A stretch of DNA of 64,000 nt from Candidatus Latescibacterota bacterium (GCA_965200315.1 OZ241362.1:3552001-3616000); one strand, 5' to 3'; numbered from the stretch's first letter, positions 1 through 10,186 are shown. A program made the numbers and translations. Notes: a model not told the origin generated them from the letters alone.

Positions 1-2
1 AT

Positions 3-524
3 ATCGTCCGCTGCTTGGTTGCCGCAGGATGTAAGGTGACGGTCGTACCGGCCAAAACCACGGCCGACGAGGTCTTGGCCTTGGCGCCGGACGGCGTCTT
101 TCTCTCCAACGGCCCGGGCGATCCCCGCCCCCTCGACTACGCAATTGCGACTTGTAAGGGCCTCATCGGCAAGAAGCCGATCTTCGGCATCTGCTTGGGC
201 CACGAGATTCTCGGCTTGGCCTTTGGCGCGGAAATTTACCGCCTCAAGTTCGGGCACCGAGGGGCCAACCAGCCGATCAAGGAACGCGCCAGCGACCGAA
301 TTCTGATCACCTCTGAAAACCACGGCTGGGGCATTGCTGCCGACTCGCTGCCCGATTGCCTCGAAATCACGCGCCTCAACCTCAATGACCATTGCGTCGA
401 GGGCCTGCACCACCGCGAATTGCCCATTTTTTCTATCCAGTGCCACCCGGAGGCCTCGCCAGGCCCGCACGACAGCTTCCACTTATTCAGCTACTTTGCC
501 GAGCTGATGGAAGCGCACTCTTAA
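3..524 (+). CDS. carA: carbamoyl-phosphate synthase small subunit, C-terminal GATase part (5' end outside window)
   Basis: Motifs SNGPGDP, GICLGHE, KFGHRGAN, QCHPEASPGPHD. Confidence 0.95.
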   Translation: MVRCLVAAGCKVTVVPAKTTADEVLALAPDGVFLSNGPGDPRPLDYAIATCKGLIGKKPIFGICLGHEILGLAFGAEIYRLKFGHRGANQPIKERASDRILITSENHGWGIAADSLPDCLEITRLNLNDHCVEGLHHRELPIFSIQCHPEASPGPHDSFHLFSYFAELMEAHS

Positions 525-555
525 ACCCTGATTCCTTGAACAAGGAGGAATAGAT

Positions 556-831
556 ATGGCCGTACCTATTACCAATTTAGTACAAGCACTTCCCTTCATA
601 AAAAGGGCAGTATGGCTGCCATTGCTGAACTTGGTGGGAGAAAAAAACGAGTTTCGGATTATAATAACATCCTCAGACTATGTTGAAATCAGAGTGTTAT
701 GGGGACTTTTCAGTTTTGAACGTGGGGAAAAGAGAGAATTCGTTGTGCAAGGGACAGAAGCTTATGTTACGTCGATAATTTCATCGCTGTCATCAAGAGG
801 ACTAGATGTCAGTGGATATATAGAACGATAG
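556..831 (+). CDS. hypothetical 91-aa protein, AT-rich
   Basis: AAGGAGG SD just upstream of ATG; fills the gap between carA and the next gene; no motif recognised. Confidence 0.6.
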   Translation: MAVPITNLVQALPFIKRAVWLPLLNLVGEKNEFRIIITSSDYVEIRVLWGLFSFERGEKREFVVQGTEAYVTSIISSLSSRGLDVSGYIER

Positions 832-844
832 AAGGAGCCCCTTC

Positions 845-1891
845 ATGCCCGTAGTCCAACACAACGTCCTCAAAGACCTCTGCTACCGCATTTTTGCCGC
901 TACGGGTATTCCCGCAGAGGACGCCCGCATCGTCGCCGACCACGTCGTCGAAAGCCACCTGCACGGTCACGACTCGCACGGCACTTGGCTAGTCTCCGGC
1001 TATGCCCGCGGTATGCGAGATAACTACATCCGCTGGGAAGAGACCGAAGTCGTGCGCGACACCCCGGTGCTCAGGGTCATCAACGGCAAAGGGGCCAACG
1101 GCATTGTCGCCGTCAATCGCGCCCTCGACATTGCCGTCAAAAAAGCCCAAAACTCCACCTTCGGCTTTGTCGGCCTCAACCACCTCACCCATATCTGTCG
1201 CCTCGGCGACTATCCGCCGCGGATCGCCGAAAGGGGCATGATCGGCATGGTTTGGCTCAACGGCGGCGGCCTCTTCCTCGCGCCCTTCGGCTCGGCCGAC
1301 CGCCGCCTGCGTCCTGAGCCTATCGCCTTTTCCGCCCCGCGCCAGAATGGTCCGCCGTTCATGCTCGATATGACCATGACCGTCGTGGCCGGTGGTAAAA
1401 TCGTCCAGAAGAACATCCGCCAAGAGCCGATGCCCGAGGGTTGGGTTATAGATCGGGAAGGCCAGCCCGTCACCGACGCCCAGCGCTATTTAGACGACGC
1501 CGAAGGCACCGGCGTCTTACCGTTGGGTGGCCTACAGTTTGGACACAAGGGCAGCGGACTGGCGATGATGGTGGAAATGTTGGTGGGACCGCTCTCTCAT
1601 GCGGGTTGCACCAAAGAAGGCGGCAACGGTGGTAACGGAATCATGGTTCTGGCGATCAATATCGAGGACTTTATCGATTTGGATTCGTACGAGCGCGAAG
1701 TCGAAGAGATGGCCAAGTGGGTGTGCTCGGCTCGTCCGTTGCCCGGGTTTGAGCAAGTCTATGCGCCCGGCGAAATCGAACAGAAGACGAGGGCGCGGCT
1801 GCTAGCCGAAGGCATTGATTTGCCCCAACCCACTTGGGATGAAATCGGCAAGGTGGCGGCGGAGTTGGGCGTGGAGATGCCCGCTCTGTGA
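845..1891 (+). CDS. Ldh_2 family (type 2 malate/L-lactate dehydrogenase-like) oxidoreductase
   Basis: GHDSHG, LDMTMT..AGGK, GHKGSGLAMMVE motifs; GAAGGAG SD. Confidence 0.9.
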   Translation: MPVVQHNVLKDLCYRIFAATGIPAEDARIVADHVVESHLHGHDSHGTWLVSGYARGMRDNYIRWEETEVVRDTPVLRVINGKGANGIVAVNRALDIAVKKAQNSTFGFVGLNHLTHICRLGDYPPRIAERGMIGMVWLNGGGLFLAPFGSADRRLRPEPIAFSAPRQNGPPFMLDMTMTVVAGGKIVQKNIRQEPMPEGWVIDREGQPVTDAQRYLDDAEGTGVLPLGGLQFGHKGSGLAMMVEMLVGPLSHAGCTKEGGNGGNGIMVLAINIEDFIDLDSYEREVEEMAKWVCSARPLPGFEQVYAPGEIEQKTRARLLAEGIDLPQPTWDEIGKVAAELGVEMPAL

Positions 1892-1894
1892 GCG

Positions 1895-3142
1895 TTAGAA
1901 CAGTTTAAAATTTTCCGCATCCATGCAGTGCGCTTGGTGCATGAGCACGGCGTTCAGCAGTTCTATGGCCAGCCGCGACTCTAAGGTTGCGCCGGCGCGT
2001 ACTCCCACGCAGGGATCGTGGCGTCCCTTGGCGAGTTGGAACTCGATTTCTTCGAGGTCTTTGCGCACGGAATTTTGGGGCCGGGCAATGGTGGCCGTGG
2101 GCTTGAAGCTCAAGCGGCAGACGAGCGGCATACCCGTGGTCACGCCGCCGAGCAGGCCGCCGTGGCTGTTGCTCTGGTAGCCGTCTTTGCGGATGGGATC
2201 GTTGTGCTCGCTGCCACGGCGCAGAGACGAAGCGCGGCCCGTGCCTATTTCGCAGGCTTGCACCGCGTGTAGGCCGCCGAGGCTACCCATCAGGCGCAAC
2301 TTCAGGCTCTGGTATAGCGGCTCGCCGATGAGGGGAGGCACGTTGACGGCCACTACTTCGAGTGCCGCGCCGATCGAGTCCTGCTCCTTGCGAGTCTTGG
2401 CAATCAGCTCGGCGGCTTGGCGAGCGAAATCCCCATCCACCGCACGGAGTGGTCCGCATTCCAATTCGCTTTCGAGGGCGGTACACGTCGCAGGAGACAG
2501 GAGCTGCCCGTCGGCTTCGGCTAGTTCGGCGACTCGGGTCGCTAGGGAGATGCCCGTCTCCAGCGGCCCGACTTGGCAGATCGAAGAGAAAATGGCCGTG
2601 CCAAAGTGCTCGGCCAGATAGAGGCGGGCAATGGTGCCGCCGATGACGTCGGAGATGGTTGAGCGATAGCTGGAACGCCCGCCGCCGCGCACATCGACAA
2701 AGCCCCGCGATTTGTAGTGCTTGACTAAATCGGTATGCCCGGGTCGGACGTGTCCCGACGGCCCGGTGAACTGCTTGTAGTCGTCCGAGCGCTTGGCGGC
2801 CGAGAGCACAGCCGCGGCGATTGGCTCGCCCGTAGTGAAGCCAGCTTCATAGGTGCGCACCGGCGTATCGTCCTCGCTTAGGTGTAAATGCAGAGCCGGG
2901 CCGGATAGGAGCTGGTCGTGATCTTCCGAGTAGAGGCCGGACAGCAGGGCGACTTGGTCGTCCTCTCGCCGGGGGGTGCCTAGCTTGTTGCTGCCGGGGC
3001 GGCGGCGGTCGAGATAGTGCTGGATCTGGGTGCGCTCCACCCACAGGCCGGAGGGACAGCCGAAGACCGTGGTGACAATCGCCGGCCCGTGTGATTCGCC
3101 TGCTCCGGCAACGCCAAAAAGCGGCCCGCCGAGTACTTCCAT
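1895..3142 (-). CDS. aroC: chorismate synthase (divergent, with insertions)
   Basis: GESHG, RPGHTD, RGGGRSSYR, GGLLGG.TTG, FKPT, GRHDPCV motifs. Confidence 0.9.
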   Translation of the reverse strand: MEVLGGPLFGVAGAGESHGPAIVTTVFGCPSGLWVERTQIQHYLDRRRPGSNKLGTPRREDDQVALLSGLYSEDHDQLLSGPALHLHLSEDDTPVRTYEAGFTTGEPIAAAVLSAAKRSDDYKQFTGPSGHVRPGHTDLVKHYKSRGFVDVRGGGRSSYRSTISDVIGGTIARLYLAEHFGTAIFSSICQVGPLETGISLATRVAELAEADGQLLSPATCTALESELECGPLRAVDGDFARQAAELIAKTRKEQDSIGAALEVVAVNVPPLIGEPLYQSLKLRLMGSLGGLHAVQACEIGTGRASSLRRGSEHNDPIRKDGYQSNSHGGLLGGVTTGMPLVCRLSFKPTATIARPQNSVRKDLEEIEFQLAKGRHDPCVGVRAGATLESRLAIELLNAVLMHQAHCMDAENFKLF

Positions 3143-3288
3143 GCCAAAGGCTCCTTTGCCAAGGGATGCAAAAATTTACGGTTTTGCTTGGTGGGCGGCA
3201 ATCGGTGCGTTGCCAGTTGTGGACTAGGGATACAGAAGCGTGGAAGCGGTTTTTTTGTTATTTTTTGAGCAACGCAAAGAGGTGATCA

Positions 3289-4755
3289 ATGGCAACCCAC
3301 GAGAAGAAGCGCGGCGTTCCGAACGGCCGATACAAGAAGATCGAATCCGAGCTGCGCACGGAACTGATCGCGGCTCAAGAACGGTTGCAGCAAGCACGAT
3401 TTCCAACGCTCATCCTCTTGGGTGGTTTCGCTGGCGCAGGTACGAGCGCGGCGAGCAACGCGCTCAGGCAGTGGATGGACTCGCACGGCATTGCGGTGTG
3501 CGCCTTTGAGCCACCGTCCTCAGAAGAGCGCGAGCGCCCGGAGTACTGGCGCTATTGGCTTTCCCTGCCGCCGAAGGGAACCATCGGCATCTACTTGAAC
3601 GGCTGGTACGACCGTCCGCTGTGCGACCTAGCTCATGGGCGCAGCGATGAGGAGGCTTTTGACCGCGCCGCCGATCGTATCGCGGCCTTTGAAAACGCGC
3701 TCGTCGTCGATGGTGCGCTGCTGATCAAGTTGTGGATCCACTTGGACAAAGACGCGCGGCAGCAACGCATTGCGGATTTGGATCAAAACCCGCTGACCCG
3801 CTGGCGGGTGAACGCGAGCGCAAGGGAGGGCTTGCAGTACTACGAAGAGTTCAAACGAGCCGCCGACCGCTTACTGCACAAGACCAACATCAGCGGCACT
3901 CGTTGGCAGGTCGTCGAAGGCAGCGACTCTCGCTACACATTGGCGGTGGGCCGCGCCGTGCGCGACGCCATTCGCCAGCACCTAGGGGAAAAAAAGAGCC
4001 GTCCTAAACTCGTTAGCTCAGACTGGCCGCCCGCGTCCAGCGTACTAGCTCAGTTGGACCTAGAAAAGCGGGTGCCCAAGAAGGAGTACCAAGCCCTGCT
4101 TGAGCGATACCAAGGCCGGCTCTATCGCTTGACTCAGCAGGCGCGCCGCAAAGGCGTTTCGACCGTCTTGGTTTTTGAAGGAGCCGATGCAGCGGGCAAG
4201 GGTGGGGTCATCCAGCGCCTGACCGACGCCCTCGACGCCAGTGTCTATAAGATCATCCAAGTCGCCGCCCCCACGGATGAGGAACACGCCCAACACTACC
4301 TCTGGCGCTTTTGGTGCCACCTGCCGCCCGCAGGCCGAATGGTGATTTTCGACCGCAGTTGGTATGGCCGGGTGCTAGTCGAGCGCGTCGAGGGCTTTGC
4401 CGACGGAGCAGCTTGGCAGCGAGCATACGGCGAAATCAACGATTTTGAGGAGCAGCTAACAGATCACGGTATGGTGGTGGCCAAGTACTGGATTCACATA
4501 GACAAAGACGAGCAACTCCGACGCTTCAAGGCACGTCAGGTGACTCCGCACAAGCGCTGGAAGATCACCGAGGAAGACTGGCGCAACCGAGAGAAATGGG
4601 ACGAGTACGAGGCCGCTGTTGACGACATGGTAGCCCGCACCCACACGACTACTGCTCCTTGGACCTTGGTGGAGGGCAACGACAAACGCTTCGCCCGCCT
4701 CAAGGTCATCGAGACGTTTTGCCAGCAGCTAGAGCAGGCGCTGGCTAGAGGATGA
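3289..4755 (+). CDS. pap: polyphosphate:AMP phosphotransferase (two PPK2 domains)
   Basis: Tandem PPK2 domains; FEGADAAGKGG, DRSWYGRVLVERVEG, KITEEDWRNR. Confidence 0.9.
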   Translation: MATHEKKRGVPNGRYKKIESELRTELIAAQERLQQARFPTLILLGGFAGAGTSAASNALRQWMDSHGIAVCAFEPPSSEERERPEYWRYWLSLPPKGTIGIYLNGWYDRPLCDLAHGRSDEEAFDRAADRIAAFENALVVDGALLIKLWIHLDKDARQQRIADLDQNPLTRWRVNASAREGLQYYEEFKRAADRLLHKTNISGTRWQVVEGSDSRYTLAVGRAVRDAIRQHLGEKKSRPKLVSSDWPPASSVLAQLDLEKRVPKKEYQALLERYQGRLYRLTQQARRKGVSTVLVFEGADAAGKGGVIQRLTDALDASVYKIIQVAAPTDEEHAQHYLWRFWCHLPPAGRMVIFDRSWYGRVLVERVEGFADGAAWQRAYGEINDFEEQLTDHGMVVAKYWIHIDKDEQLRRFKARQVTPHKRWKITEEDWRNREKWDEYEAAVDDMVARTHTTTAPWTLVEGNDKRFARLKVIETFCQQLEQALARG

Positions 4756-4782
4756 GCAGTACGGACATTTCCGCTCCGGTGC

Positions 4783-6042
4783 GTGGGAGTTAAAAATTTG
4801 CGCGTTCAATCGAACTATTGCCAGAGCGCGTCCGCAACGATCGCTGCGGCGTTCCATGCGAGGTCTGGGAAGTACCGCTATCTAGGGCAAATTCTCGAAG
4901 TTCCCAAGGATCAGTACGAAGCCTGTGTGCAGCAGATGCGCGACCGCATCGCCCGCGGCCAAATTCCGGGCGTTGCGGATCCCGAGGCCGCGGCGGCCCT
5001 GATCAAGCAGGGCGCGGTGACCTATGTGCAGGCGCGGAACATAGCTCGGGCAGGGAATGTTGATTCCTTGGTCTTTGACGCAAAAACGCAACAAGTGACC
5101 GCAATGGATGCATCGGCGGTCTCGTCTGTTATCACGTATGCCCAAGATCGCCACGGCGGCACGAGTAGTCCAGATGCGCTCAGAGCAGCGTTCCGGGCCG
5201 CCCTCGACTCTGGCAGCAATACACTTATAGCAAGCCTCGTCAGTGCCCAGTGGCTGCGGCCTCTCGTTGGCATCCAGTTGTTGCGTCCCAAGACGGCTGC
5301 CATTGGAGCAGCAGCGATGCGCAATGGAGTAAGAGCCTTATGGCGCACCTTAAACGCTGAGGGTGGGCGCGAGGTCGTCCAGCGCATCGCTGTCGTCTTC
5401 AAGGCCAACAGCATCGCCACCTCTGGTGCGGGCGCATTCAGGCACGTCTCCAGACTCCTCCGTTCCAATGCTATAACTGCGGTAGTAACAACCGTAGTGA
5501 CAAGTATTCCAGACTTCTACCGCGCCGCTTTCGTTGGTTGCATTTCTTGGCAGCAGTTCGCCAAGAACACCACAGTGAATGCCGCCGCCGTTGTCGGGGG
5601 CATTGGCGGCTGGATGGGTGGCACGGCCTTAGGAGTCGCCGCTGGCAACGCAGTGCCTTTTATCAGCACGTCCGTAGGCAGCATTATCGGCGGCATCGCA
5701 GGTGGGTTGGCCGGGGGCACCGGGGCGCAATTTGCGACCAAGGCTCTTGCCGATAAGGTGGTTAAAGACGACTCAAAGGACCTGATTGCAGCGATGGAAG
5801 ACGAGGTACAATTGCTTGCAATTGAGTATATGCTTACGGAAAGCGAAGTGGAACAAATCGCGGCGGAAGTTGGCAAGACCGTAAATCCGAAGTGGCTTCA
5901 AAGCATGTACAAGGAGACGAACAAATCCGCTGACGACCATGCCCGTCGCAGATTTGTCCGCACCGAGTTTGAACCAAAATTTGCCGCAATCATTCAAAAG
6001 CGGCCCAAAATTATGTCTCCTTCGGTTGAAGAATCAGCTTAG
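4783..6042 (+). CDS. YeeR-like membrane protein with Gly-zipper segments, probably 5'-truncated
   Basis: LEVPKDQY...TY.QARNIARAGNVDSL recalled from the YeeR-like family; GxxxG-rich C-terminal hydrophobic stretch; weak GTG start. Confidence 0.55.
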   Translation: MGVKNLRVQSNYCQSASATIAAAFHARSGKYRYLGQILEVPKDQYEACVQQMRDRIARGQIPGVADPEAAAALIKQGAVTYVQARNIARAGNVDSLVFDAKTQQVTAMDASAVSSVITYAQDRHGGTSSPDALRAAFRAALDSGSNTLIASLVSAQWLRPLVGIQLLRPKTAAIGAAAMRNGVRALWRTLNAEGGREVVQRIAVVFKANSIATSGAGAFRHVSRLLRSNAITAVVTTVVTSIPDFYRAAFVGCISWQQFAKNTTVNAAAVVGGIGGWMGGTALGVAAGNAVPFISTSVGSIIGGIAGGLAGGTGAQFATKALADKVVKDDSKDLIAAMEDEVQLLAIEYMLTESEVEQIAAEVGKTVNPKWLQSMYKETNKSADDHARRRFVRTEFEPKFAAIIQKRPKIMSPSVEESA

Positions 6043-6077
6043 AGCGTCTCTATATTCACCGGCTCCAAGCAACGTCC

Positions 6078-8432
6078 CTACTTCTCCTGTATCCGCACTG
6101 GCGATGCGGCTAGTCCGTCGGTTTTTATCACCTCTCCGCTTTTGTCGACCTGACCAAATTCCAGCACGCCCGTTGGGCAAGACTGCACACACGCGCTACA
6201 GCGTACGCACTCCGGGTCGGCCATGGGCAGCCCCTTGTTGGCAAAGTTCATAATGTCGATGCCTTGGTGGCACACCGAGGTGCAGACATTGCAGGAGATG
6301 CACTTTTTTTTGTCGGCGAGGATGCGGAAGCGGCTAAAGCGTGCGTAGATGTGCATCAAGGCCGCCAGCGGACAGGCGAAGCGACACCACATCCGGCCGC
6401 TGAAATGCCAGTATAGTCCAACGCCTAAGATGCCGGCCAGCAGCAGATCGACCGACCACACGTAGTTGAGAAAAGTCAGCGGGAAGGGCAGGTTGCCCCA
6501 GTTGGTGCCCTTGCCCATAAATAGCCCCATGTAGGCCCCGTTGATCCAGTGATCGTGCGGCAAAGCCCAGCCGACTAGGCGCAAGATGAGCAGTACGCTG
6601 GCTAGCACCAGTACGACCTGTCCCACTATGTTTACCTTGTTCCACACCATGCCGTGCGGCATCTTGTGCCGGTGCGCGTCGCCCATGGTTTCGGCTAAGG
6701 CACCGCACGAGCAGATCCAGCCGCAGTAAGCCCCTTTGCCCCAGAAGTAGATGATCAACGGGATGATGACGAAGGTCTGCACGAGGCTAATCGCCAGCCA
6801 CCACCACAGCGGCTCACTGGTGAAGACGTTCCAAAAGAACAGCGGCCAAGCGAGGATCAGCCCCAGCGAGCGCCAGTACTCGCGCCCGTGTTCGGCCCAT
6901 TGCGACTCGGGGAACAAGGCATCGGCCATCGGCTTGAGCCAAGCACCCTCGTCGAACCAGCCATTGTACCCGGCCCAAGGCAAAACCAAGTACGGCAGCA
7001 GAAAGAGCGGAATGCACTGAACCGCCATCAGCGTCAGCGTCTGCACCTTGATGTACGGCGTACGCCGTCGCTTTATGCGCTGCAAGCCGAATAGAACGAC
7101 GCACAGGCAATAGGCCAGCGAGTAGTAGAAACTCGGCTGGGTCATCGACACTTGCACCGTGTCCCACAGGGTATGGGCAGCCGTCGGTGCCGCCAAGTTG
7201 AAGGGGAAGAGATCGGCTTGGTCGAACCACTTCTTGACCGGAATGCCCGCATCGGTTTTCCAGTGGTAGATGAAAACCGCCGCCAGCAGGATGAGCCCCA
7301 AAGACAGCCAACGCCGCGGTCGCCATTCGCCGTTGATTTCCACGCCGCTGCGTCTGAAAAAGTCGAGCGGGGCCTCGCGGCCAATCATGGAAAACACCGC
7401 GTCGTTGGGCTGGCTCAGTTCCTCGCCCTCGGCGTCTTTGAGCGCGACTGCGTCTTCTTCGATGCTCAGCACTTGGCTGGCCATCAGCAGGCGGATCGAA
7501 CCCGCTTGACGGCCCTTTTCCATAAAGGCGCCGCTGCTGGTCGTCACCCGCTCGGAAGAAGGAGTATCGACGGCCACGTCGGCCATGGGATCAGCCGCGA
7601 GCATGTTCAGCTTTTCGACGTTTTCGGGCTTGGGGCGAGAAAATTCGGGCTTGCGGTAGGAGACGGTCACGCGCCCGCCGCATTGGGCGATGGCAATGGC
7701 CGCCTCTAAGGCACTGTCGCCGCCGCCAACGACCAGCACGTCTTTGTCGCAGAAGTCAACGGGATCGTGCAAGCGGTTGAAGACCTTGTCCAATTGTTCG
7801 CCCGGCACCCCTAGCTTGCGAAAATTGCCCGAGCGCCCGATCCCTACGATCACGCGGCGAGCTTTGATATTCTCTTGGCGCGGGATCTCCAATTCAAAGA
7901 GGTCTCCCCGCCTTTTTACCTGCTCGACCCGCGCTATCGTCGGCTCGATGCCTTGGGCGAGCGTCTGCTCGTGCAGTTCCTCGATCAGCGGCTCCTTGAC
8001 CTCGGATTTAAAGCGGATCTGCCCGGCTGGCTCCATTTCGGTGGGGTAGGTGTAAATGGGTTTGCCCTTGGGGAAATTGACCAGCGTAGAAAACGGCTCG
8101 GTCGCCTCCAAAAGCACAAATGACAGCCCGGCCTCCCGCGCCTCCAAGGCCGCGGACATGCCGGAAACGCCCGCGCCGACGATCGCCAAATCCAAGACAC
8201 CCTCCTGCCCCTTGCTGCGCTGGAATGCCTCGTCGGCTATGATGTGCTGCACGGCTCGTGCGCCCGTATCGGCTGAAAACTTCAACAGTGGGATTCCGGT
8301 CAAGTCGCCGACGATGTACAGCCCGGGGACATTGCTCTGCCCGTGCTCATCCACCCGCGGCAACTTCTCCACCACGCCGGCTGGCCACCGCAGGTGCAAC
8401 CAGTGTAGATAGCGACTGAGAAAATTGCTCAT
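6078..8432 (-). CDS. TrxB/YpdA-like FAD/NAD(P) oxidoreductase fused to a polytopic NapH/CcoG-type 4Fe-4S membrane domain
   Basis: GAGVSG and GGGDSA Rossmann motifs, several TM helices, CGWICSCG, CRFACP, two CxxCxxCxxxC ferredoxin motifs. Confidence 0.85.
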   Translation of the reverse strand: MSNFLSRYLHWLHLRWPAGVVEKLPRVDEHGQSNVPGLYIVGDLTGIPLLKFSADTGARAVQHIIADEAFQRSKGQEGVLDLAIVGAGVSGMSAALEAREAGLSFVLLEATEPFSTLVNFPKGKPIYTYPTEMEPAGQIRFKSEVKEPLIEELHEQTLAQGIEPTIARVEQVKRRGDLFELEIPRQENIKARRVIVGIGRSGNFRKLGVPGEQLDKVFNRLHDPVDFCDKDVLVVGGGDSALEAAIAIAQCGGRVTVSYRKPEFSRPKPENVEKLNMLAADPMADVAVDTPSSERVTTSSGAFMEKGRQAGSIRLLMASQVLSIEEDAVALKDAEGEELSQPNDAVFSMIGREAPLDFFRRSGVEINGEWRPRRWLSLGLILLAAVFIYHWKTDAGIPVKKWFDQADLFPFNLAAPTAAHTLWDTVQVSMTQPSFYYSLAYCLCVVLFGLQRIKRRRTPYIKVQTLTLMAVQCIPLFLLPYLVLPWAGYNGWFDEGAWLKPMADALFPESQWAEHGREYWRSLGLILAWPLFFWNVFTSEPLWWWLAISLVQTFVIIPLIIYFWGKGAYCGWICSCGALAETMGDAHRHKMPHGMVWNKVNIVGQVVLVLASVLLILRLVGWALPHDHWINGAYMGLFMGKGTNWGNLPFPLTFLNYVWSVDLLLAGILGVGLYWHFSGRMWCRFACPLAALMHIYARFSRFRILADKKKCISCNVCTSVCHQGIDIMNFANKGLPMADPECVRCSACVQSCPTGVLEFGQVDKSGEVIKTDGLAASPVRIQEK

Positions 8433-8463
8433 GTAATCTCTCCTAGGTTTCGCTGTGTATTGA

Positions 8464-9909
8464 TCAGCGCACTAAAGCCATGCCCCGCGCTTGGACAAAT
8501 CCGGCCGCTGGTGCTTCGAGTCGGTATAGGTACGCGCCGCTGGCTACTGGCTGACCGGCGTCGTCGCGCCCGTCCCAAGGCTGCAAGTATAGCCCGGCTA
8601 CTTGGTGTCCGTCCACCAGCAAGCGCACTCGCTGCCCGGCCGCGTTGAACACGCTGAGCCGCACCGGCCCGGTTGCTGGCAGCTCGTACTGGATCAGCGT
8701 CTGCGCGTTGAACGGGTTGGGAAAATTTTGCCGCAGGGCAAAGCTCGTAGGCACGGCGTCAAAGGTTTTGACGACGGTCGCGGCTTGCTCGATGTCCTCC
8801 GCGCTGAGAATTCCCTCGCCCGGCTGCCAGACCTCAGTATCGGGCCAGTAGGCAGTCCAGGCGAACCACATGGCATTGTACGCCGGGACTTGCGCCAATC
8901 GCTGCCCGGCGAGCGGCCCGGCGACGGCTTCTCCGAGCATGTTCCAGCGCGAGCCCGTCTCTGCATCCATAAATTCCACCGGCAGCGACCCCTCGGAATC
9001 TACTCCGTAAAAGCTCAACGGCCTGTCGTCGAGCTGGCTGAAATAGGCCAAGGCCGTATGCGACGCAGCGTCGAATAGGACGACTACGGGATCGCTGCCG
9101 ACGAGATCGTTGATCACCACTCCGTCGGGCATTAGCGCAAAGGGGTACGCTTTGGTCTGGTCATTGCGGCACAACCCCAGCACTAGGTCCTTGGTCTCAA
9201 AGCGATGGTCGAATGCGCCACCGTTGGTCGTGGGTGGGAAGATCAGGTACTCGTGGCTGGTGCGGTAATCGCCGTAAGGGTAGAAGGTGTATTGTCCTTC
9301 ATTGTAGGCTGGTCGCGAGTTATAGTACTCCCAGCCCGTAGTGGCTTGTACCACGGTGGTGCTTGGGTACATCCGCTGCCACAGCGCCCACGTCGTCTCG
9401 ACCACCGGCATCAGTTCCAAGCGGTCGCCGACTTGGGGGCCGTTGATGGCCGTGTAAATCATCTGCGGGTAGAGCGTTTCGTCGTCGCGCCGGTCGTACA
9501 TGACCAAGTTGCTGTTGATCAGCAGCCCCGAGACCCCGAATTCGATTTGCGAGCCATCGCTGTCGGTGGCATTGAAGACTTGGCCGGTGCCCGTAAGCGG
9601 ACACAGGGACACTACGACCGACTGATCGCCAACGCGGTCGTTGATGACCTCGTTCCACCAGCCGATGTTGTGTGGATAGGCCCGTGGTTCGCCGTTGATG
9701 ACGATCCCCATGACCACGTTGTCTTCCTGTACGTAGTTTACTTCGTTCGGTGCCACGAAGGTGGGGTTGGTTAGAGCGGGGATGCCGTCTTTGGGCACTC
9801 CACCAGAGACGAGGTGGCTGGTGAGAAAGCTCGGATCGTTGTAGCGGCCAGCTTCAGCCGGATAGATCGCCACTAGCAATAGCAAAGCAGACAGATAAAC
9901 ATGTCGCAT
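8464..9909 (-). CDS. secreted DUF3179-domain protein with C-terminal FlgD-Ig/sorting domain
   Basis: Signal peptide; GGVPKDGIPAL, CPLTGT, FGVSGLLINSNLVMYDR, WFAW; C-terminal QNFPNPFN...WDGRDDAG...SGAYLYRL. Confidence 0.85.
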   Translation of the reverse strand: MRHVYLSALLLLVAIYPAEAGRYNDPSFLTSHLVSGGVPKDGIPALTNPTFVAPNEVNYVQEDNVVMGIVINGEPRAYPHNIGWWNEVINDRVGDQSVVVSLCPLTGTGQVFNATDSDGSQIEFGVSGLLINSNLVMYDRRDDETLYPQMIYTAINGPQVGDRLELMPVVETTWALWQRMYPSTTVVQATTGWEYYNSRPAYNEGQYTFYPYGDYRTSHEYLIFPPTTNGGAFDHRFETKDLVLGLCRNDQTKAYPFALMPDGVVINDLVGSDPVVVLFDAASHTALAYFSQLDDRPLSFYGVDSEGSLPVEFMDAETGSRWNMLGEAVAGPLAGQRLAQVPAYNAMWFAWTAYWPDTEVWQPGEGILSAEDIEQAATVVKTFDAVPTSFALRQNFPNPFNAQTLIQYELPATGPVRLSVFNAAGQRVRLLVDGHQVAGLYLQPWDGRDDAGQPVASGAYLYRLEAPAAGFVQARGMALVR

Positions 9910-10186
9910 CGGATGCTCCTTTCGCTCCGGTTCTAAGCTCGACTTTATCCAAATTAACCATTTTGTCGTCGTTTCTCCTATTTTACTCCGCGTTTGGTCG
10001 CAGGCTCAGACTCTGTAGGTTAGTCCTGTCTCGTGCCGGATACAGTTTAGCCCCGCGCTGCCCCGTCCTTCCCTCTGCTTTTCAGCCTTGGCACGGATAT
10101 TGCGATTGCTAACGGCGAATGGCCCAACCGTCCCTTTAGTTCGGGCGGCTTGGGAAACTCTACTTCCTAATCTCCGATAGAGCGCC

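Noticed and set aside
8464-9909. Selenocysteine recoding in the DUF3179 protein
   Set aside because: ORF is open without an in-frame TGA
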